From Candidatus Saccharimonadota bacterium (GTDB taxonomy: Bacteria > Patescibacteriota > Saccharimonadia > Saccharimonadales > CAIOMD01), in the NCBI GenBank assembly GCA_031973215.1, contig DALYDK010000001.1:150610-214609 (forward strand): 64,000 nucleotides of DNA. The letters are read 5' to 3'. Positions 41,994 to 51,292 of the stretch are shown here, in pieces; positions within the stretch are counted from its first letter, which is position 1, and each line of letters begins with the position of its first letter. The notes under the pieces were generated by a model that worked only from the letters and a program-made list of their open reading frames with translations, was not told the origin of the DNA and did not search any database. A program made the position numbers and the translations under genes.

Positions 41994-42728
41994 CTATGGT
42001 GATACCCTTCCATGCTTTACGAATGCTGAATGAGTCAATGGCATTAATTCAGAAAATTCTTTCTCTATCTTTTCAGCCACCATTTCAATTTCACGCTGAG
42101 GAAATGATGGAAAATGTGAATCATCTGATTTCGTTCTAAGTGATAAAAAGTTCATTAATGAACGAGCATTCATGGTTACATACATACTAGAAAATGTTGA
42201 TACCGGCAAAACACCTCTTGCTACCTCTCTGGCGATACCAGCGTCAAGCATAGCTAAGTAAGCGGCATATGCCCTGGTACATGCAGCTTTTGTTTCAGCT
42301 TCAACTATACTGTGTTGTTCGGCAGTGCCTGGTTCGAACGTATAACTACCTGTTTTACCGGATTGTATGAGATTACGGTCTTGCCCAGGTACATAAAAAA
42401 CTGGTTCAAGTTTTTTGTATCTACCACTTTCTTCATTATAGGAAGCTATTCTGTGTCTATGAAATTCTCGGAAAACAAATATGGGTGCACTTACAAAAAA
42501 AGTCATTGAATTATGTTCAAAGGGAGTTCCGTGCCTGTCTCTCATAAGGAAATTTATTAAACCAGCAGATTTTTCTGCGTCTGATTCCAGTGTTGACAAA
42601 TCACCAACGGTTGAAACTTTTGCAGACCTTACGACCGATAGATCTGAGGCCATTGAATCGATTAGCTCTACCGTTACATCATCCCTGAATTGAATTTCAG
42701 ATTCCGCTTTGGGCGAATTTAATTCCAT
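41994..42728 (-). CDS. thyX: flavin-dependent thymidylate synthase
   Basis: ThyX signature RHRIASYNEESGRY (RHRxxSxNExSxRY). Confidence 0.9.
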   Translation of the reverse strand: MELNSPKAESEIQFRDDVTVELIDSMASDLSVVRSAKVSTVGDLSTLESDAEKSAGLINFLMRDRHGTPFEHNSMTFFVSAPIFVFREFHRHRIASYNEESGRYKKLEPVFYVPGQDRNLIQSGKTGSYTFEPGTAEQHSIVEAETKAACTRAYAAYLAMLDAGIAREVARGVLPVSTFSSMYVTMNARSLMNFLSLRTKSDDSHFPSFPQREIEMVAEKIEKEFSELMPLTHSAFVKHGRVSP

Positions 42729-42813
42729 ACATACTCCTTTAAATCCACCCTTGATGCATTTATTTTAATCTATTTTTTGAAAGGTTGCTATAGAATAGTA
42801 ATTATTACAATTT

Positions 42814-43770
42814 ATGAAAACGTCAGAAAAAGAAAATAGAGAAATAAGTAGATCGAGGTTGAGGGCCATAAACAAATTAGGTTACTTAATGACTGCATCG
42901 GCCCTGTTTTTTGCTAATACAGATAAATCTATAGGGGATTTAGTATGGCATGGCAACGACAATCAGCTTATTTATGAAGATAAACTCACGCCCGGACTTG
43001 AATCATGGGTAGTTGTACCAGGGCTTGGAGTTCAAAGTGGATCTGGTATTGCCTCTACTCTAAACAATACTTTGGGACATCGATCAAATCTCACATACTT
43101 TAATTACAGTGATAATGGAGCGCAGATTGACGAAATGAGTTCTGATATATTAGAACTTTACAACCAAACAAAAGCACCAGTAAGTTTTTATGCCCACAGT
43201 ATGGGAGCCTCCATTACACTCAAAGTGCTTCAAAAACTAAATAATCAAGTTCCTATATCGAATATTGTATTTGACTGCTCTCCTTTTGATGTAGGAGATG
43301 CCTACAATAAGTTAGCGCCCTTGTCATCTGATGTTGGGCCGTATGTTCTTGGTAAACTCACTATAAAAACAGGGGCAGAAATAATTAATAATACCTTACT
43401 TCACGAAAATAAAAACTTATCTTTATATGGGCAGTTAAAAGATTCGCTAAGAATCGCCATAACTGGTAGCTCGCCAAGGTTATTTACTGATCAACTTGGA
43501 ATTTTGGGTGATACAGACAGCTCAAGTTACGGTAATTATATTTCTGACACTACCAGAGTAATATATGTAAAACCAAATAATTCTTCTGACGACGATACGG
43601 TCAATGTCGATTCATCAATTGAGAAATATAAGCAAATCGTAGGAGACAAATTAATTGTGGTTAATGTAAAGTATGGAAAACATGCCAGCCCAACACAAAG
43701 ACCTAGTGAGTACAATTCTGCTCTTTGGCCATATATAGTTGGACTACAAGAAGAGCCTCATAAACAATGA
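42814..43770 (+). CDS. membrane-anchored alpha/beta hydrolase (lipase-like, AHSMG motif)
   Basis: N-terminal transmembrane helix plus the nucleophile elbow FYAHSMGAS (the AHSMG variant seen in Bacillus lipases). Confidence 0.5.
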   Translation: MKTSEKENREISRSRLRAINKLGYLMTASALFFANTDKSIGDLVWHGNDNQLIYEDKLTPGLESWVVVPGLGVQSGSGIASTLNNTLGHRSNLTYFNYSDNGAQIDEMSSDILELYNQTKAPVSFYAHSMGASITLKVLQKLNNQVPISNIVFDCSPFDVGDAYNKLAPLSSDVGPYVLGKLTIKTGAEIINNTLLHENKNLSLYGQLKDSLRIAITGSSPRLFTDQLGILGDTDSSSYGNYISDTTRVIYVKPNNSSDDDTVNVDSSIEKYKQIVGDKLIVVNVKYGKHASPTQRPSEYNSALWPYIVGLQEEPHKQ

Positions 43771-43807
43771 GGCTCTAATTTTGCGCTTATAAACAATTTA
43801 GATTTGT

Positions 43808-44860
43808 TTAAAGTTCTGAGTTTTGGACTTTTATAGAAGGGCCCATAGTAGTTGTAAGGTATATAGATAATACAAAGTTACCCTTTAATGAATTTGGTTT
43901 ATTGCTTCTAATACTACTTAGAACGGCTTTAACATTTTTACTTAAACGTTCTTCGCCGAAGCTTACTTTACCGACACTTAGGTGAACTATGCCAGTACTG
44001 TCGACTCTATATTCAACTTTTCCGGCCTTAGCTTCTTTAACTGCTTTTTCTACAGCCGTAGTAACAGTTCCGCTTTTTGGAGAGGGCATTAAACCTTTTG
44101 GCCCTAATACCTTGGCATATTTACCAAGTTTAGGCATCATAGAAGGTGTTGCTACTAATACATCAAAATTTAGAAGACCTTTTTCTAGTTGATTTAGAAA
44201 TTCCTGGTTACCTGCAATATCTGCACCAGCTCTTTTAGCAATTGCAACATCGTCTTCGTCTGCAAAAACTGCAACTTTTACTTCTTTTCCGTTGCCTTCT
44301 GGTAAGACAATTGTCGAGCGTATATTTTGGTCGGCTTGTCTTGGGTCTACTCCAAGCCTTACATGGAGCTCTACGCTTGAGTCGAACTTAGTAGTAGCGG
44401 TTTTGGTTGCCAAACTAACAGCTTCTTTCAGGGAATAAACTTTAGTTTTATCTATCTGCTCGGCTGCTTTTCTGAATTTCTTTCCTTGCCTTTCAAGCTT
44501 TGGTCTAGTTTTTGGAATAAGCTTTGGTTTATGTTCCATAGCTTCGTGATCTTCTGCTTTTCTAGCTTCTTTAGCGGCTTTTTCTTCAGCTTCTTTTATA
44601 GCTTTTGCGCTTCTTTTGCCAGCCTTTGCTGTAGCTTTATCTTCGTCGTCTAGTTCTTTTTCTACTTTAACTATTTCTTCAGCAATGCTTTCGGTTTCAA
44701 CTAGTTCGGCTACTTTTTTTGATGTAGCTTCAGAAGCTTTGGCTTCTGCAATTGCGTCTTCTATTTGTGCAATAGTATTTTTAGCAGTAACACTAAGCTT
44801 TAATTTCTTAGCTTCTTTTAGCAGTTCTTCTTTTTTGGATGGTTTTTTGGCTTCTGACAT
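43808..44860 (-). CDS. rplA: 50S ribosomal protein L1 with about 105-aa Lys/Ala/Glu-rich N-terminal extension
   Basis: The C-terminal 240 aa is canonical L1 (VYSLKEAV...VHLSVGKVSF). The start at 44860 has a strong AAGGAGA RBS. Confidence 0.8.
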   Translation of the reverse strand: MSEAKKPSKKEELLKEAKKLKLSVTAKNTIAQIEDAIAEAKASEATSKKVAELVETESIAEEIVKVEKELDDEDKATAKAGKRSAKAIKEAEEKAAKEARKAEDHEAMEHKPKLIPKTRPKLERQGKKFRKAAEQIDKTKVYSLKEAVSLATKTATTKFDSSVELHVRLGVDPRQADQNIRSTIVLPEGNGKEVKVAVFADEDDVAIAKRAGADIAGNQEFLNQLEKGLLNFDVLVATPSMMPKLGKYAKVLGPKGLMPSPKSGTVTTAVEKAVKEAKAGKVEYRVDSTGIVHLSVGKVSFGEERLSKNVKAVLSSIRSNKPNSLKGNFVLSIYLTTTMGPSIKVQNSEL

Positions 44861-44907
44861 TATTTCTCCTTATGTGGTTCAATCGTTTAATTTATTAAAC
44901 TCCCACT

Positions 44908-45414
44908 TTATTTAGTTGTTGCCATAAATGTATTAATTTGATCTTTTTGAGCAATTATCTCTTGCTCAAGCTCAACAAGTTGCTCATGGTTCTCTAATGA
45001 ACCACTCCGCTCGTTAAGGTACATTCTTCTTATTGATTCTTGCTTTAGTGCTAAAAAGCTCATTAGTACTTCGCAGTGCTTTTGCCTATCAATCACAGAC
45101 ATGTCCGAAGATTCAAATTTTCTACAATATTCATAAAGCTGTTCGCCTATTGAAATAGCTTCAGCTGCTAATTGTTGTTCTTTAATCTTCTGTTCTTTGG
45201 TAACTTCTGTTAAATCAATAATTCCTGTTGATGAATTGTCGTAGAATAAAAAGTTATTAATTTTCTTGAGTTCTGCGACGCTTTCTTGGTGGTTAGGAAC
45301 TCTTGGGTATTCATCAAGGTTATCTAGAACATATTTCATCCTACGAAAATGATCTAATCGTTCTGTTTTTTCGTCTGTACTACATTCAATAATACTATCT
45401 TCAAAACTTCTCAT
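44908..45414 (-). CDS. hypothetical protein inserted between rplK and rplA
   Basis: 168 aa, acidic and likely helical, with no motif. Confidence 0.4.
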   Translation of the reverse strand: MRSFEDSIIECSTDEKTERLDHFRRMKYVLDNLDEYPRVPNHQESVAELKKINNFLFYDNSSTGIIDLTEVTKEQKIKEQQLAAEAISIGEQLYEYCRKFESSDMSVIDRQKHCEVLMSFLALKQESIRRMYLNERSGSLENHEQLVELEQEIIAQKDQINTFMATTK

Positions 45415-45419
45415 AGAAT

Positions 45420-45848
45420 CTAACCTTCTATTTCTACACCCATGCTTCTGGCTGTACCGGCTACCATTTTCTTAATAGCTTCTACATCTTCTGCGTTCAT
45501 ATCGGCAGCTTTTGCCTCAGCAATTTCGGTTAACTGAGTATCTGATAATTTCTTACTAATTTTCTCTGAATTAGGTCGACCTGAGCCTTTGTCAATGCCA
45601 AGTTTCTGTCTAATTAAATCATCTGTAGGAGTTCCTACAATCTTCCAGTCCATTGTTCTGTCTTCGTAAACAGTAATGTGAACTGTTAGATTTTGGCCCA
45701 TTCGATCTTTGGTCTGATCGTTAAATGGATTAATAAAATCCATCATATTAACGCCGTGCTGACCAAGGCTAGATCCCACAGGAGGTGCTGCGGATGCCTG
45801 ACCACCTTTAATTCTCATTTTTAAGTTTGCTTTTACAGCTTTTGCCAT
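45420..45848 (-). CDS. rplK: 50S ribosomal protein L11
   Basis: True start MAKAVKANLKMRIKGGQASAAPPVG follows an AAGGAG RBS; the ORF-track upstream extension is rejected. Confidence 0.9.
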   Translation of the reverse strand: MAKAVKANLKMRIKGGQASAAPPVGSSLGQHGVNMMDFINPFNDQTKDRMGQNLTVHITVYEDRTMDWKIVGTPTDDLIRQKLGIDKGSGRPNSEKISKKLSDTQLTEIAEAKAADMNAEDVEAIKKMVAGTARSMGVEIEG

Positions 45849-46110
45849 AAGACTCCTTTCTATAACGAGTTTTGTATTGATTGAAGCTTTACAAAACTCT
45901 CCTTCCATTAATAACAGAAGTGCGTAACCATACTAAATTAACAGATTTAAGCGTTTTTGTCCAGTCTACCTTGCCTGTTTTCGAAGTATTCGGATATTAA
46001 ATAAAGAGCTAGTTCAGTTTCTGTCGGGTCAACCGCAAATTCTAAGTTTAAATTTTCCAACCAGCGATCATTATGGCTGTTTATTCCACCGCCATCTCGT
46101 TCCAATTGTT

Positions 46111-46656
46111 TTAAACTTTCTTCACCTGAAGGCTATCTAGCTCAACAGGAGTTTCTCGGCCGAACATATTTACTAGAACTTTTATCTTGCCCTTTTGGGT
46201 ATCAATTTCATTAATCGATCCGTCGAAGCCCTTAAATGGACCATCAACAATGCCAACAACTTCACCGACCTTGAAATCGATACGGTGTTTAGGTTGTTCG
46301 ACGCCCATTCTTTTATTGATTTTGTCCATTTCATCGTTACTTACAGGTGTGGGTGAAATACCACTGCCAACAAAACCGGTAACTCCCGGAGTGTTTCTAA
46401 CAATAAACCAAGCATCTTCACTAAGCTTCATTTGAACAAGAACATAACCTTGGAAAATTCTTTTTTCGACAACTTTCCTTTTGCCGTTCTTAATTTCTAT
46501 TTGTTTTTCCTTAGGCACCATGACATCGAATATTTTATCGGCCATATCTAAAGATTCGGCTCTTTGTCTTATGCTTTCTGCTACTTTCTCTTCGTAACCG
46601 CTGTAGGTATGAATTGCATACCATTGCTTAGTAGAATCATATCGTTTTTTGTTCAT
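46111..46656 (-). CDS. nusG: transcription termination/antitermination factor NusG
   Basis: NGN domain WYAIHTYSGYEEKV and KOW motif FKVGEVVGIVDGPFKGFDGSI. Confidence 0.9.
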   Translation of the reverse strand: MNKKRYDSTKQWYAIHTYSGYEEKVAESIRQRAESLDMADKIFDVMVPKEKQIEIKNGKRKVVEKRIFQGYVLVQMKLSEDAWFIVRNTPGVTGFVGSGISPTPVSNDEMDKINKRMGVEQPKHRIDFKVGEVVGIVDGPFKGFDGSINEIDTQKGKIKVLVNMFGRETPVELDSLQVKKV

Positions 46657-47072
46657 CGTAGAATTATCTCCTTAACTACTTTGCTAAATAAAAAGTCTAA
46701 AATTTGGACAAAAACAGCAAAAAATACTGAAAATATTATTACTGCAAATGAGAGTTTAATGGCATCTTTTCTGCTTGGCCAGGTTACTTGTTTTAATTCT
46801 GCCCAGGAGTTTTTTATGAATTGAGGTATATATTTTACTCTTTTATTAAGAACTCTTACCCCTTTTTTATCTGGTACTTTTATGGGGTGATATTCTTTCG
46901 AAGCTACTTTGCCTAGTGTAGAGAGCGGTTTATGTACCTTTCTTTTTATGCTTCCAGCTTTAGTTGGCTTTTGCCTTTTAACAGATTCTTTTTCAGCCTT
47001 TTGGCGAATTGTCTCTGTTTGCTTTCTTTTTCTTGGAAGCTTCTTTGCAGCTTCGTCCTCTTTTTTTGCCAT
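46653..47072 (-). CDS. secE: preprotein translocase subunit SecE (with basic N-terminal extension)
   Basis: C-terminus ELKQVTWPSRKD plus a single transmembrane helix match SecE. Overlaps the nusG start by 4 nt. Confidence 0.75.
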   Translation of the reverse strand: MAKKEDEAAKKLPRKRKQTETIRQKAEKESVKRQKPTKAGSIKRKVHKPLSTLGKVASKEYHPIKVPDKKGVRVLNKRVKYIPQFIKNSWAELKQVTWPSRKDAIKLSFAVIIFSVFFAVFVQILDFLFSKVVKEIILR

Positions 47073-47125
47073 ATTTACTCCAAATTAAAAAAGCCTAAAA
47101 CTATAGTTTTAGGGCCTATAAGTCA

Positions 47126-47154
47126 ATATTACAGGTTTTACGGCTAGGTGTCAA
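47126..47154 (-). promoter_or_regulatory. sigma70-like promoter for secE-nusG (TTGACA-17nt-TAATAT)
   Basis: On the minus strand, TTGACAcctagccgtaaaacctgTAATAT. The -35 element is embedded in the palindrome GTCAATTGAC. Confidence 0.4.
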
Positions 47155-47176
47155 TTGACTTTGATACTATATATGT

Positions 47177-48682
47177 ATGGTGGGATTAACCAGCTTTGCT
47201 TTAATATTATTTGTTTTATATATTTTAGGTGGACTTTTTTTGTACGGTACAAAGTTTGCCTGGAAACATAGAACTGTATTTTCGGCTTTATTAATTATTA
47301 TTCTTATAAATGCATCATTTTTTGTACTATTCTTCGATAGCTTAGCCGCACTGGCTTTATTATTAGTTAATTTTTATGCAATTTTTAACTTATTAATAGT
47401 AATTAAAAATAATCATAACACTGAACGACTTTATAGTGTTACTAGCAAATCTTTCGGTAGAATTGTTTTCCTACAATTAATAATTATGGGATTTATGCTA
47501 ATTGGATATTGGTATGAGTCTGTCTTTGAGGATGTAGAGCTGCAACAGTTGGCATTTTTGTGCCTAGCTTTATTCGGTTTATTTGTAGCTATATATACCA
47601 CGGTGAAGTTGTTCCAAACTATTGCTTTCAAAAAAGCTAAGATTTCTTTTGATAGTTTACCAACAGTAACAGTTGCTATAGCCGCTAGAAACGAAGATGA
47701 CCAACTTCATAGCTGCTTGGAATCGGTAGTAAATGATTCCTATGAAAAACTTGAAATTATTGTATATGACGATGAATCTCAGGACAACACTGCAGAATTA
47801 ATTCGTCAATACGCCAGAGATGGAGTACGTTTTATTAAAGGATCACAGGTTCCGGAGGATTGGCTGGCTAAAAATTTGGCATACCAAAAACTACTAGACC
47901 AAGCCAGTGGTGACATTATCTTTTTTATAGGAACAGATATAAGGCTACATAAAAATAGCATCAACAGAGCTGTTGAGTTTATGCAGAACGAGCAACTTGA
48001 TATGCTTTGTTTAATGCCTATACGGACAAGAATGGGTATTTTGGCAGCATTTGTTCAGCCAATGAGATATTGGTGGGAACTGGCGGTTCCAAGACTATTC
48101 CCAAAAAGGCCGCCAAGCTTAAGTAGCGCTTGGCTAGTTAATAGAAGAGCACTACTCAAAAAAGGTGGTTTTATGTCATTTAAAAGATCAATTACACCCG
48201 AAGAACACCTTGCTAAAATATTCGCTGAATCTAAAAAATATGGTTTCGCGCGATCCAACAAACAGTTATTTGTTTCTACACATAAAAAGTTTGATGAGCA
48301 ATGGGAAACTGCAGTAAGAACAAGATACCCCCAGCTTCATCGTCGGCCCGAGCTTATGGCGCTAAGAATGGTATATCTGGGTTTACTATTAATGCCATTT
48401 ATTTTCTTACCTATAGCACTATTTAGCGATGCTTTATCTGATGTACAAATATATGTATATATAGCCGCAGGAGCACTAGTTTATAGCCACATTGCAGTAT
48501 CTTGGTTTACTAACCACTATTCTGTAATTCTAGCTCCAATTAACTTCCCAATAATTATAATTTTAGATATTTTTGCGACTAACCTTTCGGCCTATAGATA
48601 CGAGTTCAGTGAAGTTATCTGGAAAGGCCGGGTTGTAAATCCTAGGCTTAAAGTATATAAAAAGCTGCCCAAGCTAGATTAG
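47177..48682 (+). CDS. membrane-bound glycosyltransferase family 2
   Basis: N- and C-terminal transmembrane helices with a central GT-A domain (VTVAIAARNEDD, DXD = YDDES). Confidence 0.6.
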   Translation: MVGLTSFALILFVLYILGGLFLYGTKFAWKHRTVFSALLIIILINASFFVLFFDSLAALALLLVNFYAIFNLLIVIKNNHNTERLYSVTSKSFGRIVFLQLIIMGFMLIGYWYESVFEDVELQQLAFLCLALFGLFVAIYTTVKLFQTIAFKKAKISFDSLPTVTVAIAARNEDDQLHSCLESVVNDSYEKLEIIVYDDESQDNTAELIRQYARDGVRFIKGSQVPEDWLAKNLAYQKLLDQASGDIIFFIGTDIRLHKNSINRAVEFMQNEQLDMLCLMPIRTRMGILAAFVQPMRYWWELAVPRLFPKRPPSLSSAWLVNRRALLKKGGFMSFKRSITPEEHLAKIFAESKKYGFARSNKQLFVSTHKKFDEQWETAVRTRYPQLHRRPELMALRMVYLGLLLMPFIFLPIALFSDALSDVQIYVYIAAGALVYSHIAVSWFTNHYSVILAPINFPIIIILDIFATNLSAYRYEFSEVIWKGRVVNPRLKVYKKLPKLD

Positions 48683-49794
48683 CTTAAATTTGGCATATAA
48701 ACACTGAATGTTGAGCCTTTATTAATTTCTGATTCTAAAGAGATGTCAGCGTGTATTAGTCTAGCTAATTTAACCGTTACATAAAGTCCAAGCCCCGTTC
48801 CACTACTTTGCCTGGTTCTATAGTCTTCACTTCTAAAGAATTTATCGAAGACCTTTTCTTTATCTGCTTTGCTTATTCCAATGCCGGTGTCTGAAACCTC
48901 AAATAGTACACCTTCAAGATGTGGTTTTGCGCTAATTGATACAGACCCCTCTTCTGTGTACTTAATAGCATTAGTAATAAAGTTCTGTAAAATTTCTTTA
49001 ACGTATAATTTTGCCGAATTAAGAATTTCTAAATTTGGAGCCGGGTAACTATTTATCGCTAAATTCTTAGCTTCTGCTTGTGGGGTATAGTTTAGCTCAA
49101 GTTCTTTAAGTAGCTCGTAAACATTAATTGGCTCAACCTCTACCTCTAGCTTGCCCCTTTCGGCTCTTGAAAGTGTGGCTAGATCATTAATCATTCCAGA
49201 AAGAAATACTATTTGGTCATGCGCGGCATTTAAAGTCTTAACAACAGAAGGATCCAAATTCGGCTGACGCCCTACTACGAACGATGCATTTGATATGTTG
49301 CCTTCTGCTATGGCTATGGGAGTTCTTAGCTCATGGCTGACTACGCTTATAAATTCGTCTCTTTCTTCTTCGAGGCTTTTTTCTCTGGTTATGTCTCTGA
49401 GCAGAATTACAAAGCCCCTTGAGCCCTCTATGCCGTATCCTAGGTGCACTGGAGCAATCGATATATATAAATTAATCTTTTCTCCAGAATCATACTGCAA
49501 CAAAATATCCCTACTAGTGTATTGGTTTTTAAGCTGATCAATTAATTCATTAACTTCAATTGGCTGGTTATTTTTATTTATTAAATGTAAAACTTCACTG
49601 ATTTTTTTACCAATTAAGCTTGAGTTCATATCTAAAATATTTAAGGCCGCCCCGTTGTATACGGCTATATTTTTGTTCTCATCAATAGCAATAACAGCAT
49701 CAGCCATGCTATTTATTAGCGCTACTAACCTCTCTCTTTCTAAAGAAGCTATCTGTAGGCCATTATCTGTATTTGGTTTGTCATTTTGGGGCAT
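48679..49794 (-). CDS. cytoplasmic PAS-domain sensor histidine kinase
   Basis: PAS-like N-terminus, H-box ISVVSHELRTPIAIA and G-box GTGLGLYV; no transmembrane segments. Confidence 0.8.
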   Translation of the reverse strand: MPQNDKPNTDNGLQIASLERERLVALINSMADAVIAIDENKNIAVYNGAALNILDMNSSLIGKKISEVLHLINKNNQPIEVNELIDQLKNQYTSRDILLQYDSGEKINLYISIAPVHLGYGIEGSRGFVILLRDITREKSLEEERDEFISVVSHELRTPIAIAEGNISNASFVVGRQPNLDPSVVKTLNAAHDQIVFLSGMINDLATLSRAERGKLEVEVEPINVYELLKELELNYTPQAEAKNLAINSYPAPNLEILNSAKLYVKEILQNFITNAIKYTEEGSVSISAKPHLEGVLFEVSDTGIGISKADKEKVFDKFFRSEDYRTRQSSGTGLGLYVTVKLARLIHADISLESEINKGSTFSVYMPNLS

Positions 49795-49827
49795 TTAACA
49801 ACATTATATAACGAAACGCTTATGCCT

Positions 49828-50535
49828 TTAAAATTGAATTTGATGAACTTTAGCCTGAAGTGTATGCATTTCTTTTTTTCGTATCTTATAATCTGGCATA
49901 TATGTGGCGACCAAAGACCAAAAAGCAGATGAATGATTTAGGTGTTTGGTATGGCATAATTCGTGTAGAATTACATAATCAATAATATGCCAAGGAAGTT
50001 CCATTAAATAACAATTCAAGCTGATTATTTTGTCGTTATTGCAACTTCCCCACCTACTTTTCATAGACTTAATCTTAATTTCTTTATACTCAAAATCATA
50101 CTCATTAGCCATATAATTTACTCTATTAGGTAACATTTGTTTTGCTTCTTTAATTAAAGCCTGTTTAACGGCTTGTTTGGCAATTTGTTGAATTTCATGA
50201 GAATAATATTTAAATTCGTTAGAATTATATTTAATTATAATTTGATTGTCTTTTACTTGTTTTCTATTTATATTGCTCTCTTCAAAATACAAAATATGCT
50301 GTTTGCCAATTTGCAAACCGTTTTCTAAAATAAACTCTTTTTTAGAATCTATATTTTTTAAAATCCATTCACGGTGCTGGGCAACAAATTTTTCTCCCGC
50401 AGAAAAGGGCATCCATTTGGGCTGAGTAACCCTAATGTACTTAGGAGCCATTCTAATACTGAGCCTGTCAGTACCGCTCCTTTTATATATTCGTATTTCC
50501 CCTAAGTCACTATTATTGATGATCTTAAAGGGCAT
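49828..50535 (-). CDS. YgjP-like (DUF45/M48-family) zinc metallopeptidase
   Basis: RWGSC and YVILHELCHTKHLNHSSAFW (HExxH) match the YgjP/DUF45 family. Confidence 0.6.
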   Translation of the reverse strand: MPFKIINNSDLGEIRIYKRSGTDRLSIRMAPKYIRVTQPKWMPFSAGEKFVAQHREWILKNIDSKKEFILENGLQIGKQHILYFEESNINRKQVKDNQIIIKYNSNEFKYYSHEIQQIAKQAVKQALIKEAKQMLPNRVNYMANEYDFEYKEIKIKSMKSRWGSCNNDKIISLNCYLMELPWHIIDYVILHELCHTKHLNHSSAFWSLVATYMPDYKIRKKEMHTLQAKVHQIQF

Positions 50536-50539
50536 TTTA

Positions 50540-51205
50540 TTACCTTATGATAATGTTTCTTCTAGAGTAATTAACTCGACCACCAACAACTTGGGCTTTT
50601 GAAACTAAATTTACAAGTTCAGGTTTTGCAATCTTTTTACCTAAATCTTCTGATTCTATTAGCCCCATTTTTAGCAACTTTTTTTGGATAGCTATGTTCT
50701 GCGTACTGTAAATATGTTTTCCGCTTACAACTATCCCAGCTTCGTCTAATGGATTTTGCATTTGTCTTAATTGAATATTAAAGGCATCGAGACTAAGATT
50801 TTTATTATATTTATCGTCTGGCTTACGATGGTCTCTATTTGTGCTTCTTGAATAGGCAGTTTCTTGATCTATTTGTAACCAAATTAGTAAATCTTTTATT
50901 TTTAATTTTCGCGTTAGCTCTCTTAGGCTACGACGCTGCATAACCCTGCTGGCAGATATATCATAAACAACACCAATGCCATTTTTTAAGAACTGCTCTG
51001 CTTGATCGAGCATAATTTTTTCAATAATTTGATTCTCTGATTTATCGTACAAAGGGTTTTCAAAAAGTAAGCTACGGATTTTATTACTAGAAACAACCGC
51101 TAGGCCATAATTTTCTGATAAATTCCTCGCTAAATACGACTTACCAGAACCAGGCATTCCATACAAATAAATTAGTAGTGGTTTTCGCAGCTGAATTTTT
51201 CGCAT
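50540..51205 (-). CDS. P-loop NTPase/kinase (AAA_33 / zeta-toxin-like fold)
   Basis: Walker A YLYGMPGSGKSY. Start taken at MRKIQLRK; the ORF-track N-terminal extension would overlap the divergent PIF1 start. Confidence 0.5.
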   Translation of the reverse strand: MRKIQLRKPLLIYLYGMPGSGKSYLARNLSENYGLAVVSSNKIRSLLFENPLYDKSENQIIEKIMLDQAEQFLKNGIGVVYDISASRVMQRRSLRELTRKLKIKDLLIWLQIDQETAYSRSTNRDHRKPDDKYNKNLSLDAFNIQLRQMQNPLDEAGIVVSGKHIYSTQNIAIQKKLLKMGLIESEDLGKKIAKPELVNLVSKAQVVGGRVNYSRRNIIIR

Positions 51206-51292
51206 TATAGGGGAAATTATAACATCATTCTTATAGTATATCCAAACATGACAACTGTTATTAGTAGATGTAATTCTATATACTAGAACTAA

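Noticed and set aside
41659-42033. Plus-strand ORFs (124 aa and 67 aa) with F/I/L-rich translations
   Set aside because: They are antisense to dcd/thyX and are AT-rich codon artefacts.
44616-44915. 99-aa plus-strand ORF rich in S/A/F
   Set aside because: It is antisense to the Lys/Ala/Glu-rich L1 extension (the complement of GAA/AAA/GCT repeats).
45849-45908. N-terminal extension of the rplK ORF (MEGEFCKASINTKLVIERSL)
   Set aside because: The L11 start MAKAVKANLK is preceded by AAGGAG; the upstream in-frame ATG lacks an RBS.
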